Positions 1 to 11,362 of a DNA stretch of 64,000 bases are shown piece after piece (positions within the stretch are counted from its first letter, which is position 1; each line of letters begins with the position of its first letter). The notes under the pieces are model-generated. The model saw only the letters and a program-made list of their open reading frames with translations, ran no database searches and was not told the DNA's origin. Location of the stretch: positions 120,218,001 through 120,282,000 of the forward strand of contig OX597815.1 of NCBI GenBank assembly GCA_951406725.2. The letters run 5' to 3'. Source of the stretch: Octopus vulgaris. Taxonomy: Eukaryota. The position numbers were made by a program, and so were the translations under genes.

Positions 1-235
1 TGACGTCCGTTGTCCATGCTGGCATGGATCGGACAGTTTGACCAGGGCTGGTAAGTTGAGGAGCTGCTCCAGATTTCAATCTGATTTGGCGTAGTTTCTA
101 CAGCTGGATGCCTTTCCTAATGCCAACCCCTCCAAGAGTGTAATGTCACTGGCACAGGTACCTGTTATGACACCAGCATCTGTTACAACTACAATCTCAG
201 CTTGATAAATCTTCCTATTGCCAAAGGTCTCAGTC
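1..235 (-). mobile_element. RTE-type LINE 3' tail fragment
   Basis: Reverse complement of the GGCATTAGGAAAGGCATCCAGCTGTAGAAAC...CATGCCAGCATGGACAACGGACG tail seen in the element at 39271-39997. Confidence 0.65.
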
Positions 236-1032
236 ATTTGTCAAGATCTTGGTCATATATATAAATGCCTGCCAAAACAAAATGTTCAGAATTATGGATA
301 GCAGCTGGTATATATCTGACATTGGCCTGGTCTGTTACTCAGATTAACACTATCAATTCATGTTAGGTCTCTAGTTTGAGGATAACTTCCTTCTACAGTC
401 TTAAATTTCCAAAAAGGCTCATGGGCACTAACTTTTCTCTTGATTAAATGATTTATAAGAAGAAGAAAAAATATTGATTGCTATCAGCATGTCTATGAAT
501 TATTAAGTAGTTGCAGAAGTGTGTCAAGGAAACCTCTGGCTTGAAAGCTATCTTTTACATTTGCAAGAGCTAGAAATGATCTGTAGTATCAATGTTCCCT
601 ATGAAGGGAATCTTAAGTGAAGACAGCATATTTTGAACATGGGTCTCCTTCAATACTACGCTTGATGTGATTTTTAAATGAAGTCTGTTGTGAATCTGGA
701 CATTGTAAAGTATAGAAATTGTAGTAATGGAGGTATACTTAATCCTGTTTGAGATTCTTCTTTGAATACGTTCTTTTAGGTTGTGTTGGTTGGTAAGGTT
801 TTCACAATGATGTGCACATTTTGTTAATTAGTGTTATTCAATAAGTATTAAAATGAGTCAGTATGACAGTTAAAAAAAAGTACAATAAAAAACTAAATTT
901 TTCAAAAACATTTCAAAAATTATGAATAAAAGTTATGATTTCGTGTTTTACAATATTATAAAATAGCTATTTCTGCTATTGTTTCGGAAATTTGCTCTTA
1001 TGTAATATATAGCTTGATTAATTTGATTTCAG

Positions 1033-1073
1033 GCAACAAAGAATAACATTCGAAAATCAATATCCTTAGACAG
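1033..1073 (+). CDS. PLEKHA8: PLEKHA8/FAPP2-like gene, internal exon (linker, ATKNNIRKSISLD)
   Basis: ttcAG acceptor, AG|GTAAAA donor. It has one open frame, which joins in phase (ag+a = Arg) to the exon at 2028. No conserved motif, so support is from phase only. Confidence 0.6.
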
Positions 1074-2027
1074 GTAAAAATATATTTCTTTAAAATTAAA
1101 TAACCATTGAAATCTAAGGTGGACATGTAGAAATAACTTTTTTGCTTTTAAAAATAATTCTGAAATATTTTAAAAAATAATTCCGAAACATTATTTAAAA
1201 AAAACCCAGTAATACTGTATTTCTTGTTAACTCCCTATCTTCAAGGCATTTTCTCTGATTGTATGTTATCGTGCTATTCTTCTGATATGAAGATTATATT
1301 GTATCATAAAACTGAGTGAAAGAGTATTGAGTGTTGTTGGTACAGAGTATTCATGATGGGGAGGGAAAAGAAGTGAAGTCAAATATTGTGATACTTGTCT
1401 TCACAAATGATATGGCCAAAGATTGAGATGAATGGAAACATCCTGTGTGACAGATTTGTTCAACTCATTCTAACATGGAAAAATAGAGGTTATGATAGCT
1501 GTGATTTTTATGACAGTAGCATGCTGCGAAAATTGCGCTTAGAGGCATTTCCTCAGGCTCTTTACATTTTGAGTTCAAATGCCACCATGGTTGACTTTGC
1601 CTTTCATCCATTTGCGGTGGCTAAAATAAGTACTAGTCGAGCACTGGAGTCAATCATTCACTTTTAAAATTGCTGGCCTTCTGCCAAAATTTGAAACCAA
1701 TATGATTAAAATAGAAATTATTAGGAACTTCAAACAGTTCTAAATTATTATTTGTGAACATATTTTAGATTTTTTTGCCTTCAAGTATAATAGATTTAAT
1801 TAATTATAAAATTATACTCAACTCTTATTTATAACTAATAATATAATATTGATTGGAATATTATAACCAGATTCCAGTGTTTTAATATGGATGCAAATTG
1901 CTGGCAATGAGAGACTGTTGTAAGAAAATGCTGTGGAAGTATGAAGCTTGTAGGATTTCTGAAATAATATTTTTAAAAATTTTATTTTACTTACAAAGCT
2001 AAGCTACGCATTTTGTTTTCATTTCAG

Positions 2028-2306
2028 ACCAATTATGAAAAATGGTATTCAAGACCATAAATCAATGAAATACTCAAATAGTGACCAATATTTACAAAAG
2101 AAATCTCCAAACAGAATGGACAGTGTAACTTCAGATTCTTCAGACTGTCAAATATCTGGCTGTGAAGACAACAGTTACCGTTCCCTTAGTTCTGATACTA
2201 GAATAATGCCTGCCATACCGTCAGATCTGAGGCCCCATCACATATCAGATGAAAATTTAGTCATAATGAATTCCACAGATACTTACTTTTCTTATTTGAC
2301 ACACAG
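2028..2306 (+). CDS. PLEKHA8: PLEKHA8-like exon: Ser-rich linker and start of GLTP domain (...TYFSYLTH)
   Basis: tttcAG acceptor, AG|GTTTGG donor. TYFS matches the TFFS motif at the start of the FAPP2 GLTP domain. In phase with the next exon. Confidence 0.8.
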
Positions 2307-2846
2307 GTTTGGATATATATATTTATACATATATATGTATTTCATCATCATCTTCATCATTTAGCATCCGCTTTCCATGCTAGCATGGGTTCATGTTAAG
2401 GAAAGCTATATAACATGTAAATAATGCGCTAAGCTTCTTTTACAAATTCCAAGTATTTTTACCTAATGTATATTTCATACTATAGTAAAACCCTTATTCA
2501 GAAGACCTTGAACCATTAGGTAGTATTTATAAACTATTTATTGTAAATTGCAGCTTTGGCTAAATGACTGAAATTCTTCACCTCTGTCAAGCACAAACAG
2601 ATTATAAAATTTGTAAAATATAATAAATTTGTGTGCTCTGTAGAGACGAAGCTCTGATGTTTCAGACAGAGCACCTCTCTGAAATTGTCTCAGTCGGTTA
2701 GTAAAAAATAATGATGTGATTAAAGATCAGATCCATGTTTACTACACAATCATATATATTATAATGGATTTTGCTTTAACTTATCCTTAAAAGATTTAAT
2801 AAGGATAAAAGAGGGATTCACTTTTCACTATTTTTTCTGTTTAAAG

Positions 2847-2932
2847 CTTTGCAACATGTGTTCTTGATAGTGCTGGTGAAGTCCCTGTTGAGCCATTCCT
2901 TGATTCTTGTAAATCAATTTTACCTATATTTG
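2847..2932 (+). CDS. PLEKHA8: PLEKHA8-like GLTP-domain exon (SFATCVLDSAGEVPVEPFLDSCKSILPIF)
   Basis: aaAG acceptor, G|GTGAGT donor. Resembles FAPP2 GIPTEAFLASC..VVPVLD. Confidence 0.9.
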
Positions 2933-3194
2933 GTGAGTCATGCTTATTTTTTTATAAGTTTATAATAAATCTGACTGAGAACCAAATCATGAAAAGATTA
3001 ACAACTGTAATGTGTATGATATAGAATGTTCATTATTTTTAAGAGCAATCCAACCATATTTCAAAATAGACTTTTCCACAAATTGATAAATCAATTCTTT
3101 CAATTTAAATCAGATTTGTTTTTATTTTGTCTTATGTTGAGCATTTTATAACTTGTACATGACATTGAAATAACAAAATTAATTTATTTTCTAG

Positions 3195-3253
3195 ATAAAT
3201 TGAATAGTACAGCATTTGCAACAGTGAAAATGGATTTTTCTAGCAACATTCAG
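3195..3253 (+). CDS. PLEKHA8: PLEKHA8-like GLTP-domain exon (DKLNSTAFATVKMDFSSNIQ)
   Basis: ctAG acceptor, CAG|GTGATT donor. Matches DKLGPTVFAPVKMDLVGNIK and carries the sugar-binding Asp and Asn. Confidence 0.92.
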
Positions 3254-3302
3254 GTGATTCTTATTTAACTAATTTTGTTGGTTTTGCTGTGCAAAAATGC
3301 GG

Positions 3303-3563
3303 CCCTATAAGCATTTCGTTTATTGTTATACCCCTGCATACAATTTGTTGAATCTCTCCCCTATAACTCCTCTTGCTAATGCCTATCCCGCCCTCAGCTC
3401 CTAACACCTCTCTTCCTTCTGTGTTCAGCATCTGCCCCTTGGGGCAGGTAGGGGAGCAAACAGAGCAGGAAGGGAGATTGACAGACAGAGCAACATTAAA
3501 ATAAAAAACATCAAAATGAATTTAGTCAGTTTTGAATTAGCAATACGAAAACTGTCTTACACC
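3303..3563. mobile_element. Possible old MITE with palindromic GC-rich centre
   Basis: Imperfect terminal inverted repeats (TATAAGCATTTCGTTTATTG / CAATACGAAAACTGTCTTAC) and an internal hairpin CTGCCCC-TT-GGGGCAG. Confidence 0.3.
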
Positions 3564-4067
3564 CTAAACACATCACTATCTTATTGCTTGTGCAAGTGTA
3601 TTATAATTCCCTCTTTGCTCACATCAATATACATATATTCAGTTTGAATATCAATTTCTTCAAGCCATCTCTTTCTCCCAGTCTATTTTATCCTGTAACA
3701 GTTATAAGTACTACTTGTCTTTGTACTTAGAAAAAGAGTTATTAAAGTTCATTAAAGCTATTTCTTTATCCTGTTGTTTTGAATTATGCCTACATGCATC
3801 TTTGTGTTTCTTCTGAATGTAAAAAAATTGAAATTGACAAATCCTACATACAATACATGTTAGAGAGATTTATTTTCAGTGTCTGATATGTGCAAAGTTA
3901 AGAAACAGGCATGTTCACATGTTTTTTATAACAGACTTGTTAGATATTCATTATAAAATTTTCCTGTTTTATGGTAATTACTTATTTTCAAATGAAAATA
4001 CCAGCATGTATGAAGTAATTCTGAGGTTATTTATTGACATATTTCAATAATTATTTATTTTAACCAG

Positions 4068-4195
4068 AAAATTGAGAAGAAATATGCTACCAATTCAGAA
4101 TTTACAACATTACAGAAAATGATTACATGGGAATTAGAAGCCAATGAACAACATTTATCAAATTCTGTTGCAGTTGCTGTATTATGGATGAAAAG
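4068..4195 (+). CDS. PLEKHA8: PLEKHA8-like GLTP-domain exon (KIEKKYATNSEFTTLQKMITWELEANEQHLSNSVAVAVLWMK)
   Basis: ccAG acceptor, AG|GTATA donor. Contains the EFTTLQK and LW.KR GLTP-fold motifs. Confidence 0.92.
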
Positions 4196-4392
4196 GTATA
4201 TTATTAAAAATCACACTGCTTTTCATGATTGCATATTGCTTGAAGCATTTTACTTGACTGACATAGAATTAATGTTGTCATTTTGAACATTACTTGAGTA
4301 AACATGCACTTAAACCATCAAGAGATTGAACTCAATTACCTTATTTGCTTTACACTGTTTTGTGGGTTTCCTTTTTATCATTGAAGCTATAG

Positions 4393-4440
4393 GTACACTT
4401 CTTAATCACATACCTATAGGTATGTGATTAAGAAGTGTAC
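4393..4440. repeat. Perfect 48-bp palindrome
   Basis: GTACACTTCTTAATCACATACCTA|TAGGTATGTGATTAAGAAGTGTAC, no spacer. Confidence 0.97.
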
Positions 4441-5002
4441 TTTGTAGCTGCATAATTCCAGATTCGGTGTTACTGATATCATGGGCAAAATGTCTTCTAC
4501 TATAGTCTTAGAAACTGCAGAAGCCTATTACATCTATATATACACATGTCTGTATATGTATCTGTATTTGACACAACTTTACTAGTTATTTTAAGTGCAC
4601 CTTAGTGCTTCAATAAATGGTTACAGGTAAAGTAAAAATCTGACTAAAATAAGTCCTGGAATTGATGTGATTTGACTAAAAACTCTTCCATTGTTGCACT
4701 CCAGTGACTGAAACCAGAATAAAAAGAATGTGTTACTAGTTATGCCTATGCTTTATACACACTTTTGACAAGTTGTGGTGCACCTGAGCATTGTATACAA
4801 TAATTTTATTATTATTTTAATTTAAAATATCGTCTAGCAAACTATATCTTCCTCTTAAGATGTGAAGCTTATATTATATACATTGATGAATGTCCAGCAC
4901 TTGCAGCCTATGAAGTGATTCTGCTAACACCCCTGTCTTATTGCCTACCCTTTCCTTTCTATACACTGTGCACTGCTTCTATTCTCAGTATTCATTATCA
5001 AG

Positions 5003-5410
5003 GTGCAGGTGTGGCTGTGTAATTGAGAAGCTTGCTTCCTTATGTGGTTTAGGGTTCAGTTCCATGGCATGGAACTTTGAGCAGGTGTCTCTTACTATAG
5101 CCCAGGTTCAACCAAAGCATTGTGAGTGGATTTGGAAGATGTAAACTGAAAGAAGCCTGTTGTATGTAGGTGTGTGGTTTTGCATGCCTCCTTGTCTTGA
5201 CATAAGGTGATAATTGTAAATGAACATCACCATCATACAAGCGATGTTGTTCATTTCCAGTCTTGCACAGAAGAATGCTCAACTGTGTGGAAATATTGCC
5301 TTATTTAGAAACGGGTGAGGGTTGGTGACAGGAAGGGTATCCAGCCATAGAAAAATCTACCTCAACAAATTCTGTTTGACTCATGCAAGCATGGAAAAGT
5401 GGACGCTAAA
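5003..5410 (+). mobile_element. tRNA-derived SINE group A with RTE-type tail
   Basis: A-box GTGGCTGTGTAAT, B-box GGTTCAGTTCC, AAACTGAAAGAAGCC core, tail GGAAGGGTATCCAGCCATAGAAA...GCATGGAAAAGTGGACG. Confidence 0.75.
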
Positions 5411-5664
5411 CTAAGAGGGTCAACAATACAGTTACCCAACGTGTTGCAGAAGTTTGTAAAGATAGTAGGAAGTGATTTGAGGGAGAGAAAAATTTCCTTC
5501 ACACCATCTGCTACTAGATGGAAAGAGTCGTTAAATAATATAATCTTATATATATCATTTTATTCTGTCATTTCATCTTTGATGAATGGACATAAAATGT
5601 CAGTGTAGTTAAATGCCATTAGAAGGAAAGATTAATGAAGGGGATAAAAGAAAGTAAAAGAAAA

Positions 5665-6022
5665 TGAGCGCTCAAAGCACAAACCTATGCCAAGGCATCA
5701 CCAACGTCCTTTTGATGATTAGCCAGAGATGATTTTTAAAATGAGAATATCTGAAATAAACTACACTGTTCTCACAAACAAGAATACTAAAAATGAACCT
5801 GACTGCACTCAAAAATTAGGTAAAAAACAAGAAAAATAATCCAGAATCTTTGTCCAGTAGTGGATTGATCCCCAAATCTAATCAGTTTGTGCCAGCCACA
5901 AGGCCAAACGTCCCTGAAAGTTTCATTCGAATCCATCCAGCAGTTCTTGAGATATCTTGTCTATGGATAAACAAACAAACACGACTGAAAACAATACCTC
6001 TGCCTTTGCTAAGGCGGTAATA
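5665..6022 (-). mobile_element. Non-autonomous Helentron-type element (HINE-like)
   Basis: Ends resemble HINE architecture: TTATTACCGCCTTAGC..GGCAGAGGTATTGTTTTC at one end, CCTTGGCATAGGT plus a GAGCGCTC hairpin at the other. Internal (AAAC)n and AAAGTTTCATTCGAATCC motif. Family recognised from memory. Confidence 0.55.
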
Positions 6023-6157
6023 AAGGCAGTAAAGTACTAGAAAGTATAAGGTTTAATTTGCTATAATAAGTTGTCATCTTTATATTGGTGCTTCTATCAA
6101 CTTTGTTGGAATTTGAATTATATCTTCAGGGAAAATAATCGACATATTCTGTTGCAG

Positions 6158-6290
6158 GGCATTAGAATTTATTCGAGAATTCATATCTGAAATCCACAAT
6201 GGCAAGGCTGATTTGAGTGAAGCAACAACAGAAGCTTATAATAGAACCTTGAAACCTTTCCATACAAGGTTTGCCCGTAGTATATTTGAT
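6158..6290 (+). CDS. PLEKHA8: PLEKHA8-like GLTP-domain exon (RALEFIREFISEIHNGKADLSEATTEAYNRTLKPFHTRFARSIFD)
   Basis: tgcAG acceptor, GAT|GTAAGT donor. Contains the AY..TL...H motif. Confidence 0.92.
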
Positions 6291-6795
6291 GTAAGTATCT
6301 TTAGTTTTTTGTTTATTAGCTCAAAATAAGAGGGACAGTGATCATACATATTTTAAGGTTTCTCAGGAATTCAGTGGAAGTTAGATAGATTGGTCAGTTG
6401 GTGAAAGAAATTTTTTTTTTTAAAATTGTATCTATTGTAGCATTATCATCACTCACTTATCCAAATTTATCAGATGCATATGTAGCAACAGGAAGGGCAT
6501 CCAGCCATAGAAAATCTGCTTCAATGTGTTCCTTCTGATGCACACAAGATGGAAAAGTGGATGTTAAAAACGATGATATGCAGTTTGAATATCCATGTGT
6601 ATTTTGTGTGTTTTTATATGCCATACATGCTTAATATATTTATTGTATAGACAGTGTATTATTAATATACACTATTAATATCTCTATATTTTGTAATGTG
6701 TATGTGCAGTTTGTTGTCCTATTTATTCTGTAGGTGTTCAGAATAATGTTTGGGTAGAAATATTTGATAGAAACACTCCCTATATTTATTTTTAA

Positions 6796-7002
6796 TCCTT
6801 TAGCATTCTGATTACTGTTACATGTAATGCTTATTTATCCACTTTGTTTTGAATTAATCATGCATTATCTCTCAACTACTAGATATTGCACATGTTTATT
6901 TTTAAGACACTGTCACGTAAATGTGAGGCCAGACTTGGCCAGTTTGAATATAGAACAAGTTGAATACTTGAACTAGATCTAACCAGTTTAAATGTTAAAA
7001 GG
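6796..7002 (+). mobile_element. piggyBac-like MITE, degenerate copy
   Basis: Similar throughout to 10767-10975. TTAA at the left end. Confidence 0.6.
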
Positions 7003-7258
7003 TTCAAGGGAGTTTAAATTTATCAATTTGTCCAGCTATTATTCCAAATTTTGTGATATACCTGAAGTTTTACTTTATATTATTCTTCTACCATGAAATT
7101 TGTATGAAAACATAAATTGAGAGTATGGTACCAATGTAATATTTTTTGATATCAATAGCAAAATTATATTCCCAATGTTATGTCTTGTCCTAGTAAAATC
7201 TTAATTATAAATATTATTTTTATTTATTAATTGATTTTTGCTTTTATCTTCCATAAAG

Positions 7259-7456
7259 GTTGCTATGAGAGCCATTCCAACTCGTGATATGTTTCTAGCT
7301 CAATTACATTCTATTAGCTATCCAGTCCCAAAAGAGGATATTGACCGAATACTTGACCATCATATGGTAACATTTATAAATTCTCTGAAACCAATTATTC
7401 AATCCATAAATGACTTTTACTGTGCCAATAATCTTGATTCAGAAGAACAAGTGTGA
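7259..7456 (+). CDS. PLEKHA8: PLEKHA8-like terminal coding exon (VAMRAIPTRDMF...NLDSEEQV*)
   Basis: aaAG acceptor, phase 0. The C-terminus resembles FAPP2 ALRAAP...HGLESDEVV. TGA ends at 7456. The PH domain is presumably upstream of the window. Confidence 0.9.
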   Translation, partial: VAMRAIPTRDMFLAQLHSISYPVPKEDIDRILDHHMVTFINSLKPIIQSINDFYCANNLDSEEQV

Positions 7457-7811
7457 GCAGACTGAAAAGAACAACCCCCCGCCCACTAAAAAAAAACAAA
7501 ACAAAACTAAAAAACACAACCACGAATTGATGAAAACAAAACACTTTTAAACATCCTTTTAAACTGGAAAAATATATACCTGTATGTATGTTTGTATATA
7601 TGTATACATGATGTGTGCATACCCTTATGTGCATATGTATATATAAGGATTTACAGATTTATCTTTGTTCTCACTCTTTTGAGTTAGTGCAGCGATATTA
7701 TAATGGACAAGTCTTGTTACAGCTTTTATTTTCTTGTTTGCTTATAATTTTCTTTCTTTCAATGTGATACTGGAAAGATTGAATCTATAAACCAAACCTT
7801 CTTGGTGGATA

Positions 7812-7848
<37 letters not shown>

Positions 7849-10766
7849 CCCAGTGATAAAATGGTGGTCCTCTGTAATAAGAAGTATTCATTTGTATAAT
7901 TTCTTTTTTTTTTCTTTTTCTGAGTTTGAAAGATTTTATTTATTTTTTTCTGAATGGCTCTGATTGTGTTGAAAGTATGCCCTGCACTATAAGGAAGTAT
8001 ATATGTGAAATATCTAAGGGTGCATCATCCATAGATTAGGAAGTCCTTGCCATTGAATATAAATTATCAATCATTTGTATCTTGGAAAATATACTAAAGC
8101 TTCTAGTCCTTTCAAGAATATCTTATCACATTCCAAACAACTTTCTAGAAAATCCTGATTGTACAAATATACTCCTTCCCAATTTACAACTTTGCTGGAA
8201 TTGTAATAGTTAAGGCAAAATAGTTTGACATTTTCATTCTGACATTTATTGTCTAAGGAAAAGTCTATTGATTTTGTACTGTTTATGATATTAAACAGAT
8301 ATAGTAGATATCTTTTGCCTTTCAAAAGAGTTCTGAAAAATTTTCTCTACCACACTAGAAACTTACGTTGTGCATTCCCAACCTATTGTGGGTATGTTTT
8401 CATTTTTTTAATGCTTCATTCTTTTTATATTTCCAATATTCTTTTAAATTTAGATATACTTTATGTATCATAATTTAAGTATACATATTAGTAGAATACT
8501 AAATAAATTTCATCAAAAATTATTTTACTTTTCAATAAAATTTATAGTCACCAAATTCTATAGTTAGCTGTTAACTTTTCTCTTTTTAACTACTGCATCA
8601 ATCCTAAAGGGTCATAGATATTACATAAATTTATATTCATTACTTCAATCATAATATCCTAAGCTGGGAATATTTTAGCATGAAATATCAGATCATGACA
8701 TCAAATCTTAGTCTTGAATCAATAGCCTAACTATTTCAATGGTACATATGAATTGCTTGATGTACTTCTTATTCTTTTCACAGAATTAGATAGAAAAACC
8801 TCCAACTGCATTTGCAAATGTAATATATTAATTGCCTGCTTATTTATCAATGTTTTAATCATTCAAAATTTTGATTTCTGAAATATTAAACAAAAAATTC
8901 AGATTTCATGTGACATTTTTCATTTCTAAGATGAGTTGCTATTTGAAATATTTTTATATAAAGTTTTACATTAAAAATATTTTTTTAGAAAACCTAAAGA
9001 TTTTATTGTTTCCCTTGTTTTAATCTTTGTCGTCTCCTCACCTTCCTTGAAATATATTTTGTCTATTTTCTTTTTCACATGTCTAGATCCCTTTAGTTTC
9101 CTTTCTCACTTTGCCCTTCATCATGAACAAATTAAAATTTTTTCCCTATTAAGTTTATCAGAACATTTTGTCATAGTATTATATTTCTGCACCTTTCCTT
9201 GGCTCTGTCTTTATGAACAAAGTTTTTATTATTTATCAAACAATAATTGAAAGCAAAAGAACAATAAATTATATGAACTGTTAATTGCTGTGTAGACTTT
9301 GACTCCTGTTAATTAATAATCAACTACTTTGTGAATAATAATTTTATTCTCCATATGAGTTTTGTGGATGTTGGAGAATTAATCAATTTTCTAAAGATTT
9401 GTCTTCCATCCTTATAAATCAGAATTGATTCTCAAACATTTATCCAGAATTCTAATTCAGAAGAGAAACTAGAATTTCAAATTAGGTGAAAGCTGTTTCA
9501 CCTAAGTAGTTTTGAAATTATCAAGTATGGTTTCAGTCTGGTTTGTTGACTTGAAAACAATGTCAAAATGTAGTTTTGGGAAAAATGTATTCCAAAATTA
9601 TTGACACAGGCTGGATGTCTTCCATATTCTCGTGTTTGTTCTTTCAGCTAATATCAACTTAAATAGTGAAATAACTATATCATTTGTAGTAAGAAAACTT
9701 TCTTTATATTATGAAAGTAACTATTAAAACAAAAACCCAGACATATGTTTTATTATTTTTTTTGTAGCATTTGCTGTTGAAATAACAGAAATAATTAAAA
9801 TCTTAATGAAAACTGAAGACTCATAGCATTTCTTTTTTAAATCCCTAAGAATATGCAGAGATTGCATCAAAATATTGCATGTGAGATGGACGTTAAATGA
9901 TGATAATGTAGTCAGCTTATAACTTTGTGTTGAGTTTGGCAGCCAAAGTTTAATTTGTTGAAAGGACTTGCTCATATTAGAAAAAAACAAAAGTTAATCT
10001 ACAGTGGGTCTGATGATAAATTACATATCCCATTAATTACAGAATTTTTGTAACACTGTTCTGTTATCTTTCAAACAACCTTAGGTTGCTGCTATTCAAG
10101 GGAATATTGAGATTTACGTACGTCTGCCCTTAAAAACATAACTAGTACTTAGAAGATTCTTTTGGGATTCTCAGCCATACTGTTGTCTCTTGCTTGAAGA
10201 GGTTGGGAGGCACCAAAGTTATCCTAAGCGAGATCTGAATTTAAAATGTAAAGTTCTGGAACTAAATAGGTACTCTAGTCAACTCATTTGACTAAAATTC
10301 TTCAAGAAGGTACCTAAACATGGCTGCTGTCTAATGACTGAAACAAGTACGATAAATACCAGAAGGTATTTTGTCTGATATTCTCTTGATTCTGCCAATT
10401 CACTGCCTAATAGTTATGTACTGTGAGAATAGGTAATTCTATACAAAGTAATAGAAACAAGACTGAAACATGTTATCAAATGTCACCATTTTATTTCAAT
10501 ATGCTGCCATTTCTGTGATGAATAGCATTAATAAAATTAAAGACTTCAATTGTTGAGCATTATCATATGGAGACAGCTACTTTCTGCTTAAGGTGCAACA
10601 GTGTGATAAAGTGTATGTAACCCATCTGAAGTACTGTACCCCATGATACAGATTTAATTTTCTTTTCTTTCTAACAGCAAATCGTAATTTTATTTAATTG
10701 ATCTTTTCATTAGAAAATATTTAAATGATTGATCAGCTTAAGTGTATTCAGTATTTGCTATTTTAA

Positions 10767-10975
10767 CCCTTTAGCATTCAGATTACTCTGTTAAATGTAA
10801 TTCTTATTTATTCACATTGTTTTGAATTAATCATACATTATCTTGAAGCCTCAAAATTTCAATATAATTGTTTATTTTTGCACTGAAGGGTATGTGTGAG
10901 GCAAGACATGGCCAGTTTGAATACAAAACAGGTAGAATATTTTGGCTGGATATGGCTGGTTCAAATGCTAAAGGG
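10767..10975 (+). mobile_element. piggyBac-like MITE
   Basis: TTAA|CCCTTTAGCATT ... AATGCTAAAGGG|TTAA: 12-bp TIR with a TTAA TSD. Confidence 0.85.
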
Positions 10976-11319
10976 TTAATTTTAAGTTAATATGTTGGAC
11001 ATATGATCTGGAATAATGAATAAATTTTTGTTTTAAATCTCTCAAGTATTACTTGTCAGCCTCTTATGATTTTTGCTAGATAAAATAACCAATGCTCAGA
11101 AACAAAAGGAATTTGAAATGATTTAGTCGTAACAATAATCATAAGTTTTTGGCTGGCTAAAACAATTTTTCTCAACCATTTCCTAATCAAACTAAAGGGC
11201 TACAATAAGTTAATGAATTCACATACAGCTTTTTTGAAAATAGATTATATAAATATATAATTGTATCAAGGACCTATAAATCCTTTAAGAGATGCTAGCA
11301 TCCTAGTTCTTCTCATTTA

Positions 11320-11362
<43 letters not shown>

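Noticed and set aside
250-840. Possible old Penelope-like fragment (LKIPFIG-like remnant on minus)
   Set aside because: Too decayed to support by eye.
2633-2674. GTGCTCTGT/ACAGAGCAC hairpin in a PLEKHA8 intron
   Set aside because: No convincing ribozyme core on either strand and too short for a pre-miRNA call.
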